In this document: one piece after another, positions 36,832 through 44,622 of the stretch
Numbering within the stretch: the stretch's first letter is position 1
Layout: every line of letters begins with the position of its first letter
Assembly (NCBI GenBank): GCA_015068865.1
Contig: SVJT01000001.1
Coordinates: 6,040 to 70,039, forward strand
Origin: Oscillospiraceae bacterium
GTDB taxonomy: Bacteria > Bacillota > Clostridia > UBA1381 > UBA9506
Reading direction: 5' to 3'
Length of the DNA stretch: 64,000 nt
Notes under the pieces: generated by a model
The model's database searches: none
Told to the model about the DNA's origin: nothing
What the model saw: only the letters and a program-made list of their open reading frames with translations
Position numbers and translations under genes: made by a program

Positions 36832-36963
36832 ATTTTGTGTTTCGCCCGGTGCGGTGCAGTGCCCCGCACCGGACAATGGATATTTAATAATTCATAAAAA
36901 GGTCTTTTTTATAGTTGCTAATTAAATAGGAAGAAACTCCTATTTTTTCACCCCTAAAGCCTA

Positions 36964-39900
36964 TTATTTAACAGGCTGCAGAGTACCCCAATTCCATAAG
37001 AACGCTTTCACCGTGTCGCCTGCTGCATATTCTGCAGTTAAAGCTGCACAGCCATAGAGCTTGCCGTTTACAACAGTTACGGGAACAGATGTCATTTTAA
37101 CCATTTTGTCGCCACTGTATTGAGCAATAATCAGCTTAGCATCGGAAGATACGCCGGCAGGAGCAGCTTCACCTAAGGTTACGCTGACAACATTTTTGCC
37201 TGCTGCCACTGCATATTCTGTTGCAAAGCCAACATTCTGTACTGCGTTACCAACTTTGAATTCGGTGTTAGCTGCAGCTGCAGTTGCAGAACCGGAGTAA
37301 AGCTGAATGTTATCTACAGAAGCACCAATCCACCACTGGTGGTTAGCCAGATTAGAAGTCATTTTTGTTACAACAACATTTTCCGCTACTAAACGACCAT
37401 TAATGTAAACATTAATTGCTTTGGTTGCATTGTTCTGTTCCAACTTCAAGGAGAACCATGTGTCAACAGGCATAACAGCAATTAACGGTGCGCCGGTTTC
37501 TGCAACAACACCATCTACCACACCGAGATAAACACCAACGGTCTCATCTGTCAGCTTCTTATAGAAAATATCAAACGTATCGCTGTTGCTGGTGATTACA
37601 GATGCCGTAGAGTAAACGGGATCCATTTTGGTAACCCATTCACCGTCAAACATAAAGTCTGCTTCTAAGTTCACGGTTTCTTCACCTGCAAAGTACTCAC
37701 CGAGATAAGTCTGTTCTTTAGTTGTGTCGGTGTATTTATTATCATTGATGTCAAGATATAAGCCGGAACCATCAGCACTGGAGGTCCACCATTTGCGACC
37801 AAAGGAAGAAATGTATTTGTTGCCGCTTCCATCCTGTACAATAGTCGCTACACCTTTAGAAGGAGCATTGCTACCCGGCACGATTAAGAAGTCGTTCCAG
37901 TTGGATTCACCAATTAGAGAACCATCATCGTCACCGTTACCCATACGGCCGTCTAAGTCCTTAGAGCCAACATCATATTTTTCAAAATCCTGTAAGAAGG
38001 TTCTGTTATCAATCCAGTAATAGGTGTTCTTCTGACCTCTGAAGATTTCCAGTGTCTTTTCACCTATAACTGTGCCATTTGCATCTTTTGCCTGAATGGT
38101 GATGTTGCCGGTGGGAGTGTCACCGGTAATGGTTAATTTACCGTTTGCATCAATGCTTGTGCCTGCATAGTTAGAAGCTAAGCCCCAAGTTACGGTAGCA
38201 TTCTGATCTGCCCAGGGCAGTTCAGGTGTTGCAGAATAGTTAAAGCTTGTAGCAGATGTGCTCTTATAAGGAGCAATTAAGAAATCGTCACCGGAAATGG
38301 TCCATGCACCAGCAACCTTTTCACCGGAATAGATTTCCAAATCATCAACAGGTGTACCAAACTTAATGCTGGTGATGGGAACGCCGATAACGCTCACTTC
38401 TTCACCTGTTTCAATATCGTTTACATCGGAGACAAATTCTTCAGCAGTAAACGCAGAACCGTTAATGCTTACAAAAATCTTATCATCTTTAACAACCAAC
38501 TTCATATTGGTAAAGCTGAAATCATCAGAGAAACTTGAGCCGTAACCATTAACGTCACCTCTTGTGTAAGTACCGGTATAGTTATAGGTACCAACCGTTT
38601 TCCAACGAGAAGCATCATCAATATGAGCACCGATTTCACTACCGATGGTATAATTTCTGTAATCCTGTGCTAATACTTTTGCAGCACCTTCTCCGGTGTT
38701 GGCTGCGCGTAGGTTAACATATACCGGCCAGGATTTATGAGCACCATCGTTCCAATAGGTATTACCCATAAAGGATTTATCATAATGAACCTGGACAGGC
38801 GTTACAGGGTTATAAATAGAATTACTTGAGAGATCAGCCATACCGGCAGAACGGAATTTTAATTCAACGCTTAATACCTGGGGTGCAAACTCTCCGTTTG
38901 CAAAGTTGACAGCAGCATTGCCTGGATTGCTCCAGGAACCTGCCTTAAAGGGGGCATAATTGTTACCATTGTTTAAGGTAGCAACACTTACGTTGTTGCC
39001 GTTTGTAATGAAGGACGGAATGGTACCATCTTCAAAGTTTGCACTGAGGCTGGTTGCATTTGTTGTAACTTCCATAGTAGCTTCTGCATCAGCAGTCGCT
39101 GCTTTTACGGTAAAGGTTTTACCCTTTGCCTGAGAGTCAATTAATAATTCACCGGTAGCAGGATTCATTTGTGCATAAGAAGCTACATTATCACCGGAAA
39201 CAGAATAAGTTACGCCTTCAGTAACAGCTTCACCTGCTTTGGTTTCCATACCGTACTGTACTTTAATAGTACCGGAAGAAGGCAGGAACAGTTTGCTGTC
39301 GCCTGTAACTTTAACAGCATCAAACATAGTAGCAGAAGCTTTTACACCGGTGTAGATTTCCAAATCATCAATAGGAGAACCGATACCAGCTGATAACAAA
39401 TTAACATTAGATACCGTCTCGGTTCCATCCTGAAGGAACCAAGTGCTGGTTGTTACACCGCTAATGGTGGTATTAATGGAGTTTCCTAACACTTCAAAAC
39501 GTGCAGGAACAAATTCGAAATCACTAAAGGTACAGGTTGCTTCGTCATAAGTTCCTACAATGTTAAATGTACCGGATTTATCTGTACCGGAAGGAATAAT
39601 GTAACCATGGTAGTCGCCTTTTGTAACATAGTCATAACGAGTTACATTTAACTGTGCCGGATTGCTATTGGATACAACAGACCAACCATTGGTAATTCTC
39701 CAGTTACCTACTTTACTACCATTATAGTCTCCTGCACCCACAAGGACTTTATCCCAATTTAATGTAAAGGGTTTATAAGGATGATGAGTACTTGCTGTGT
39801 TTGCAATGTTGGAAGCAATAAATTTTAAGTCAACCGTAATGTGACTGGATGCAAAGTTTGCACCTTCAAAACTTAAGGTCGTGTTGGGTGTACCCCAAGT

Positions 39901-40398
39901 GCCGTTGTAAACATTTAAGTATTTATTGCCCTTATTCTCCATAATAGTCAAACGACCATTGGAAGTTGTGGTAATATCAGACGGAACAGCACCATCTTCA
40001 AAGTCATAGAAATAAACTTTTTCACTAACTACAACAGATTTTGAACCTGTGTAATCGGCAGAAGTTGCAGACAGGAAGATTTCCTTGCCTTTTGCTGCCT
40101 GGCTCACATAGAGTGCGCCGGTTGCAGCATCAATCTGTGCATACTTCCAAATGTCGTCTGCAGCAATTTCGCTGTTATCAGCATTTTCTACTTTTGTAAT
40201 TGCGTAGGTTGCACCGTCTACTGTTGTGGTGCCGTCGGTTGTTAATGTGTACTGCACTTTAATGGGGCCGGTGGAGGGCAAAAACAGTTTTGCATCACCA
40301 ACCAGCTGACCTTCTGCAGCTGCAGCAGGCACAACTGCCATACCGCAGATGAGCATTAGTGTCAGTACCAAAGCTAATAAGCTTTTTACGTGTTTCAT
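36964..40398 (-). CDS. Secreted 1144-aa Ig-like plus LamG/ConA-like multi-module protein (paralogous in module grammar to the 1936-aa protein, no SLH)
   Basis: Signal peptide MKHVKSLLALVLTLMLICGMAVVPAAAAE. LVGDAKLFLPSTGPIKVQY and VTGDSKLFLPSSGTIKVQY modules. Module ends IDDLEIYTG, VDDLEIYSG and VDNIQLYSG. SD AAGGAGCG. Confidence 0.75.
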   Translation of the reverse strand: MKHVKSLLALVLTLMLICGMAVVPAAAAEGQLVGDAKLFLPSTGPIKVQYTLTTDGTTTVDGATYAITKVENADNSEIAADDIWKYAQIDAATGALYVSQAAKGKEIFLSATSADYTGSKSVVVSEKVYFYDFEDGAVPSDITTTSNGRLTIMENKGNKYLNVYNGTWGTPNTTLSFEGANFASSHITVDLKFIASNIANTASTHHPYKPFTLNWDKVLVGAGDYNGSKVGNWRITNGWSVVSNSNPAQLNVTRYDYVTKGDYHGYIIPSGTDKSGTFNIVGTYDEATCTFSDFEFVPARFEVLGNSINTTISGVTTSTWFLQDGTETVSNVNLLSAGIGSPIDDLEIYTGVKASATMFDAVKVTGDSKLFLPSSGTIKVQYGMETKAGEAVTEGVTYSVSGDNVASYAQMNPATGELLIDSQAKGKTFTVKAATADAEATMEVTTNATSLSANFEDGTIPSFITNGNNVSVATLNNGNNYAPFKAGSWSNPGNAAVNFANGEFAPQVLSVELKFRSAGMADLSSNSIYNPVTPVQVHYDKSFMGNTYWNDGAHKSWPVYVNLRAANTGEGAAKVLAQDYRNYTIGSEIGAHIDDASRWKTVGTYNYTGTYTRGDVNGYGSSFSDDFSFTNMKLVVKDDKIFVSINGSAFTAEEFVSDVNDIETGEEVSVIGVPITSIKFGTPVDDLEIYSGEKVAGAWTISGDDFLIAPYKSTSATSFNYSATPELPWADQNATVTWGLASNYAGTSIDANGKLTITGDTPTGNITIQAKDANGTVIGEKTLEIFRGQKNTYYWIDNRTFLQDFEKYDVGSKDLDGRMGNGDDDGSLIGESNWNDFLIVPGSNAPSKGVATIVQDGSGNKYISSFGRKWWTSSADGSGLYLDINDNKYTDTTKEQTYLGEYFAGEETVNLEADFMFDGEWVTKMDPVYSTASVITSNSDTFDIFYKKLTDETVGVYLGVVDGVVAETGAPLIAVMPVDTWFSLKLEQNNATKAINVYINGRLVAENVVVTKMTSNLANHQWWIGASVDNIQLYSGSATAAAANTEFKVGNAVQNVGFATEYAVAAGKNVVSVTLGEAAPAGVSSDAKLIIAQYSGDKMVKMTSVPVTVVNGKLYGCAALTAEYAAGDTVKAFLWNWGTLQPVK

Positions 40399-40502
40399 GA
40401 TATCGCTCCTTTTTTAAATTTACGGAAACTCATCCGTTATTATATTGTAAGGTTCGAACCGCGAACCATTTGGAACTAATTTCAGGCTTCCCCTTCCTTC
40501 AA

Positions 40503-40554
40503 GGCTCCCTTGCCTAAAGGGAGCTGGATCGGCGTAGCCGGGACTGAGGGATTC
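40503..40554. repeat. REP/MITE-like repeat unit (type 2, forward)
   Basis: ggctcccttgcctaaagggagctggatcggcgtagccgggactgagggattc. Same head hairpin and GAGGGATTC tail as type 1, with a different core. Confidence 0.8.
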
Positions 40555-40605
40555 AAAAACATTCACGTTTTAAGTTTCGTCGTCTTTTGTCTTCCTCTTT
40601 CTTTG

Positions 40606-40655
40606 GAATCCCTCCACCACCTGCGGTGGTCCCCCTCCCTTTAGGCGAGGGAGGC
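40606..40655. repeat. REP/MITE-like repeat unit (type 1, reverse)
   Basis: gaatccctccaccacctgcggtggtccccctccctttaggcgagggaggc. Forms an inverted pair with 40503..40554 across a 51-nt spacer, and a long-range inverted pair with 36679..36728. Confidence 0.85.
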
Positions 40656-40744
40656 TAACAGGGGAAGACTTGCGGCAAATCGATGAAGAGCCGGCGGGTA
40701 GAAATCCGACTCCTCACCTTTTGCCTGTATATCTAAGCGTTACC

Positions 40745-42370
40745 TTAGTCTAAGGTGTCAATCCAGTTCTGGACGATTTCAGTGTAACGCTCAAGACCTA
40801 AATCATAGAAATTCTGAACATATGCATCCCATTCGGTGTCGATATCTTTTTCACCGATGATAAAGCCTACCATACCGGCACTGATTGCATTTTCGAAAGT
40901 TGTGCGGAACTCTAAGTATTCTTCAGCCACTTCAGAAGGCATGGGGAAGTCGTCGATAACTACATCGAAAACTTTATAAGGCTCATAGAGCTTATAGGCT
41001 TCATAAGAGGTTGCCAGACGGTCTTTATCAATGGTGTAGTCCTTAACCTTAATAGCCTTGTCAATATTGGCGTAGCTGCCAACGAAGTTCCAACGGGTAT
41101 TCTGAATGCCATCAAAGGTTTCACCGGTTCCGGCATCTTCAATAGCAACAACAGCCTGTGTACCATCTAAACCGATTTCGCCTTCTTTAGCAGGACGGGT
41201 ACCGGGGTTAGCCTTTGCCCACCATGCTTCATCAGATAAGAACCAGTCGTACCATTTCAAAGCAACAGCAGGATCTTCACAGTCGGTCGTAATGCTGAAG
41301 CTTGATGTGCCACCGTAACCACCGCTTGCAGGTGTTCCACGGTAACCATTGGGACCTTCCAACGGTGGAATGGGAATATATTCATTCATACGGTTGCTGG
41401 TGCCGGCTGCGGTGAACTGTGTGGTCCAACGACCGGGTGCTGCACCTAAGATGGGCACTTCGTTTTCACCAAGGGCGGTTACACGGGCACGATCCATAAC
41501 AAAGCTATCAGTATGGATTAAGCCTTCATCATACAGCTTCTTCATATAACGGAAGCCTTCTCTTGCTGCATCCTGAATGGGAGCGAAGACTGCCTTACCA
41601 TCAATGTTGGTAAAACCAAATCTGCCCCAGGGAAGGAAGCAGTTCATCATGAACAGATCCAAACCAATTTCAGAACCACGCTGACCTCTTGCAGCCAAAG
41701 GCACTTCATCGGCTTTGCCGTTGCCGTTGGGATCTTGTTCCTTAAAGGCTTTTAACACCTGATAGAACTCTTCGGTGGTTTGAGGAATTTCTAAGCCAAG
41801 CTTATCCATCCAGGGTTTATATACCCACATTTTGTAAGGTGCTTTACCTTCAAAGCCCTCTGTATGACCCTTTAAGCCTAACAGCATATCCTCAGTATGG
41901 CGGAGTCCCTTTTCCAAACCGGGGTGTTCTTCAAACATTTTCTTTATGTAGTAACCATGTTCGTTTACCACATCAGACAGTTCAATGAACACGCCCTGGT
42001 CGTAATAAGCAGTCTGTTCACTGGCTGCAAAGCCAAAGCCTAAGAACACATCAGAATAGTCATCACTGGCTATTTTAATGTTGATGGCCTGACGAACATC
42101 ACCGCTGATTAAATCCCATTTAACTTTAACATTTGTCTTTTCTTCGTAGGTTTTTGTAAAGGTATTGGTTTCAAGGTTTTCAATGCCGGTAGGCTTCTGC
42201 ATAAAGATAGACAATTCATAAGGTTCTTCCACAATGGGGAACTCGTTAGGCTTGGAAACCTCAACAGTGCCTTTTGATCCTGTGTTGGCTGTTTTTCTTC
42301 CGTCACCGGCACAACCGGATAACAAAAGCATGGCAGCAAGCAACCCTGCACCAAAACGTTTAGCTTTCAT
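40745..42370 (-). CDS. ABC transporter extracellular solute-binding lipoprotein (LplA-like), copy 1
   Basis: 541 aa with lipobox LLLSGCAG. Large family-1-type sugar-binding protein layout. Paralogue of 42777..44423. Confidence 0.85.
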   Translation of the reverse strand: MKAKRFGAGLLAAMLLLSGCAGDGRKTANTGSKGTVEVSKPNEFPIVEEPYELSIFMQKPTGIENLETNTFTKTYEEKTNVKVKWDLISGDVRQAINIKIASDDYSDVFLGFGFAASEQTAYYDQGVFIELSDVVNEHGYYIKKMFEEHPGLEKGLRHTEDMLLGLKGHTEGFEGKAPYKMWVYKPWMDKLGLEIPQTTEEFYQVLKAFKEQDPNGNGKADEVPLAARGQRGSEIGLDLFMMNCFLPWGRFGFTNIDGKAVFAPIQDAAREGFRYMKKLYDEGLIHTDSFVMDRARVTALGENEVPILGAAPGRWTTQFTAAGTSNRMNEYIPIPPLEGPNGYRGTPASGGYGGTSSFSITTDCEDPAVALKWYDWFLSDEAWWAKANPGTRPAKEGEIGLDGTQAVVAIEDAGTGETFDGIQNTRWNFVGSYANIDKAIKVKDYTIDKDRLATSYEAYKLYEPYKVFDVVIDDFPMPSEVAEEYLEFRTTFENAISAGMVGFIIGEKDIDTEWDAYVQNFYDLGLERYTEIVQNWIDTLD

Positions 42371-42449
42371 AAAATCCTCTCCTTTTATTAGAATAAATTA
42401 TTCTCTTTTATATTGCACTTCGAAAAACGCAGACTATTTTGTTAATTCT

Positions 42450-42517
42450 ATTATAGCCCTGCGAAATACTGGTTTCAACAAACAATTTCTGCCAAGCAAA
42501 CAGATTGTGGACTTTTT
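42450..42517 (-). promoter_or_regulatory. Promoter (TTGAAA-17-TATAAT) plus conserved upstream operator of solute-binding protein gene 1
   Basis: Minus-strand -10 TATAAT at 42455-42450 and -35 TTGAAA at 42478-42473. The 45-nt block 42473..42517 matches 44526..44570 at 43 of 45 positions, while the -10/-35 spacer and flanks have diverged. Confidence 0.7.
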
Positions 42518-42721
42518 TTGAATTTTTTTGAATTTTTAACCAATTTTCTTTTTGCGGCCAGCCAAAAGTGGCTTGAATACTGGCTTTTAGGCCTCTCCAC
42601 TTTTTGTTTGTATGCACATTTTTCCATTAAAAATTTTTCTTTCTTTAGCTACTGATTTTTTCATATACAACATGTGGTAGGCGCTCATTTTCAGACACAC
42701 AACGGTTCTTAAAAACCAGCA

Positions 42722-42754
42722 TAAAAAAAGAGTCGCCGTTTAAAACGACAACTC
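42722..42754 (-). terminator. Intrinsic terminator after solute-binding protein gene 2
   Basis: The minus-strand RNA forms GAGUUGUCG-UUUUAAA-CGGCGACUC (9-bp stem including two G-U pairs) followed by U7. It lies 23 nt after stop 42777. Confidence 0.7.
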
Positions 42755-42776
42755 TTTTTTGCAATTTAATTCTTAA

Positions 42777-44423
42777 TTATTTCTGAGCATCAATTGCATA
42801 TTCCTGAATAATTTCAGTATAGCGTTCAAGACCGATGTTTTCAAAGTTTGCTACATAAGCATCCCAGTCTTTATCAATATCTTTTTCACCGATAATGAAA
42901 CCAACCACGCCGCTGCTGATAGCAGACATGAAGTTTGTACGGAGTTCAAGATATTCTTCACCAACTTCTGTGGGCATGGGGAAGTCATTAATAACTACGC
43001 CGCGTTCTTCGAAAGGCTTGTAAAGCTGATATGCTCCATAAGAAGTCTTTTTACGTTCTGCATCAGCCGTGAAGTCTGCCGTTTTAAAAGAAACCTCTTC
43101 AGCCAGATAGCCGGGGATAAAGTTACCGGACCAACGAACATTCTGAATACCATCAAAAGTTGCACCGCTTTCAGCAGGCTCAACAGTCAGGATAGCCTGT
43201 GTACCATCCAAACCAATTTCGCCTTCTTTAGCTAAACGAGTGCCGTCTGTTGACTTGGAAGCTAAATAACCATCCATAGAATAGAACCAGTCAATCCACT
43301 TAACAGCTACAGCAGGTTCTTCACAGTCGGTAGTGATGCTGAAGGTGGTGCATCCGCCGGAACCGCCTGCACCGGTTGTACGAGCCTTACTAACAGGGCT
43401 GGAAAGCGGAGGCATGGGAATATATTCATTCATACGATTGCTGGTGCCGGCTGCGGTGAACTGTGTGGTCCAGCGACCGGTAGCAGCACCTAAGATGGGC
43501 ACTTCGTTTTCAGCCAGTGCTGTTACACGGGAACGATCCATAACAAAGCTATCAGTATGAATCAAACCTTCATCATACAGCTTTTTGATGTAACGAATAC
43601 CTTCTTTTGCTTCTTCCTGAATGGGTGCAAACACTGCTTTGCCATCTATGTTAGTAAAGCCATATCTGCCCCAAGGCAAGAAAGCATTCATTAAGAAAAT
43701 GTCAAGACCGATTTCAGAACCGAACTGGCCTCTGGCTGCCAGAGGAATTTCATCTGCTTTGCCGTTGCCGTTGGGGTCTTTTTCTTTAAATGCCTTCAGC
43801 ACTTCATAGAGTTCATCGGTTGTAGTGGGCACTTCTAAGCCCAGTTTATCCATCCAGGGTTTGTACAGCCACATTTTGTGAGGTGCAGAACCTTCAAAGT
43901 TGCCGACCTCATCGGAAAGACCAAGCAGCATATTATCTGTGTGGCGCAGTTCCTTTTCAATGGAAGGATTTTCTTCAAACATTTTCTTGATGTAATAACC
44001 GTGTTTATCTACTACATCGGTCATATCAATGTAAACACCTTGATCATAATATGTAGACTGTTCGCTCTTTGCAAAGCTGAAGCCTAAGAAAATATCAGAG
44101 TAATCATCGCTGGCTAACTTAATGTTGATCGCCTGACGGGCATCACCGCTGATTAAATCCCATTTAATTTTAACATTTGTTTTTTCTTCATACCATTTGG
44201 TAAATTCGTTGGTTGTAATGTCTTCAACACCGGTGGGCTTGGTCGTGAAGATAGCCAATTCAACAGGTTCTTCTACGATAGGAAACTCATTGGGCTTGGA
44301 AACCTTAGCGGTACCCTCTGCATTACCGGAGCTGCCGGCTTTTCTGCCATCCATTCCGCAACCGGTAAAGAGTAGCATTGCAGCCAACAAACCTGCACCA
44401 AAGCGAATTACGCTCTTTTTCAT
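42777..44423 (-). CDS. ABC transporter extracellular solute-binding lipoprotein (LplA-like), copy 2
   Basis: 548 aa with lipobox LLFTGCG. Collinear with copy 1 and sharing long identical peptide runs, for example NRMNEYIP and KPNEFPIVEEP. Confidence 0.85.
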   Translation of the reverse strand: MKKSVIRFGAGLLAAMLLFTGCGMDGRKAGSSGNAEGTAKVSKPNEFPIVEEPVELAIFTTKPTGVEDITTNEFTKWYEEKTNVKIKWDLISGDARQAINIKLASDDYSDIFLGFSFAKSEQSTYYDQGVYIDMTDVVDKHGYYIKKMFEENPSIEKELRHTDNMLLGLSDEVGNFEGSAPHKMWLYKPWMDKLGLEVPTTTDELYEVLKAFKEKDPNGNGKADEIPLAARGQFGSEIGLDIFLMNAFLPWGRYGFTNIDGKAVFAPIQEEAKEGIRYIKKLYDEGLIHTDSFVMDRSRVTALAENEVPILGAATGRWTTQFTAAGTSNRMNEYIPMPPLSSPVSKARTTGAGGSGGCTTFSITTDCEEPAVAVKWIDWFYSMDGYLASKSTDGTRLAKEGEIGLDGTQAILTVEPAESGATFDGIQNVRWSGNFIPGYLAEEVSFKTADFTADAERKKTSYGAYQLYKPFEERGVVINDFPMPTEVGEEYLELRTNFMSAISSGVVGFIIGEKDIDKDWDAYVANFENIGLERYTEIIQEYAIDAQK

Positions 44424-44502
44424 AAAAACCTCTCCTTTTATTAAAATAAATGATTCTCTTTTTTATCGTGCGCCGCCAAACGCAGATAAAGCTTCTGATT
44501 TT

Positions 44503-44570
44503 ATTATAGAGGCTAAGGTTCTGAATTTCAACAAACAATTTCTGCCAACCAAACAAATTGTGGACTTTTT
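44503..44570 (-). promoter_or_regulatory. Promoter (TTGAAA-17-TATAAT) plus conserved upstream operator of solute-binding protein gene 2
   Basis: -10 at 44508-44503, -35 at 44531-44526, operator block at 44526..44570. Same spacing to the start codon as at 42450..42517. Confidence 0.7.
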
Positions 44571-44583
44571 GACACAAATATTG

Positions 44584-44621
44584 AAAAAAGTCCCGAAACT
44601 GTTTGTTTTCAGGACTTTTTT
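44584..44621 (-). terminator. Intrinsic terminator after the AraC-family regulator gene
   Basis: aaaaaagtcc...ggactttttt long imperfect hairpin immediately after stop 44623, followed by a U-tract on the minus-strand RNA. Confidence 0.7.
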
Positions 44622-44622
44622 G

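Noticed and set aside
36846-36872. GC-rich hairpin ccggtgcgg-N9-ccgcaccgg as the terminator of the 1144-aa gene
   Set aside because: No U-tract follows on either strand. It is more likely part of the repeat cluster. The AT-rich aatagga/tcctatt hairpin at about 36931..36950 is too weak to call.
36686-36925. 79-aa ORF MPKGRGTTEGGGGIHN...
   Set aside because: It is a read-through of the REP/MITE-like repeat units and the GC hairpin. It has no SD, and such Gly/Pro/Arg-rich translations are typical repeat artefacts.
36679-40655. Phase-variable invertible segment (invertase-driven gene flip) defined by the 48/50-nt inverted repeats
   Set aside because: No site-specific recombinase is encoded in the window. 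The segment carries a whole 3.4-kb gene rather than a promoter, and the repeats look like members of a dispersed REP/MITE family. Kept only as a possibility to test with long reads.
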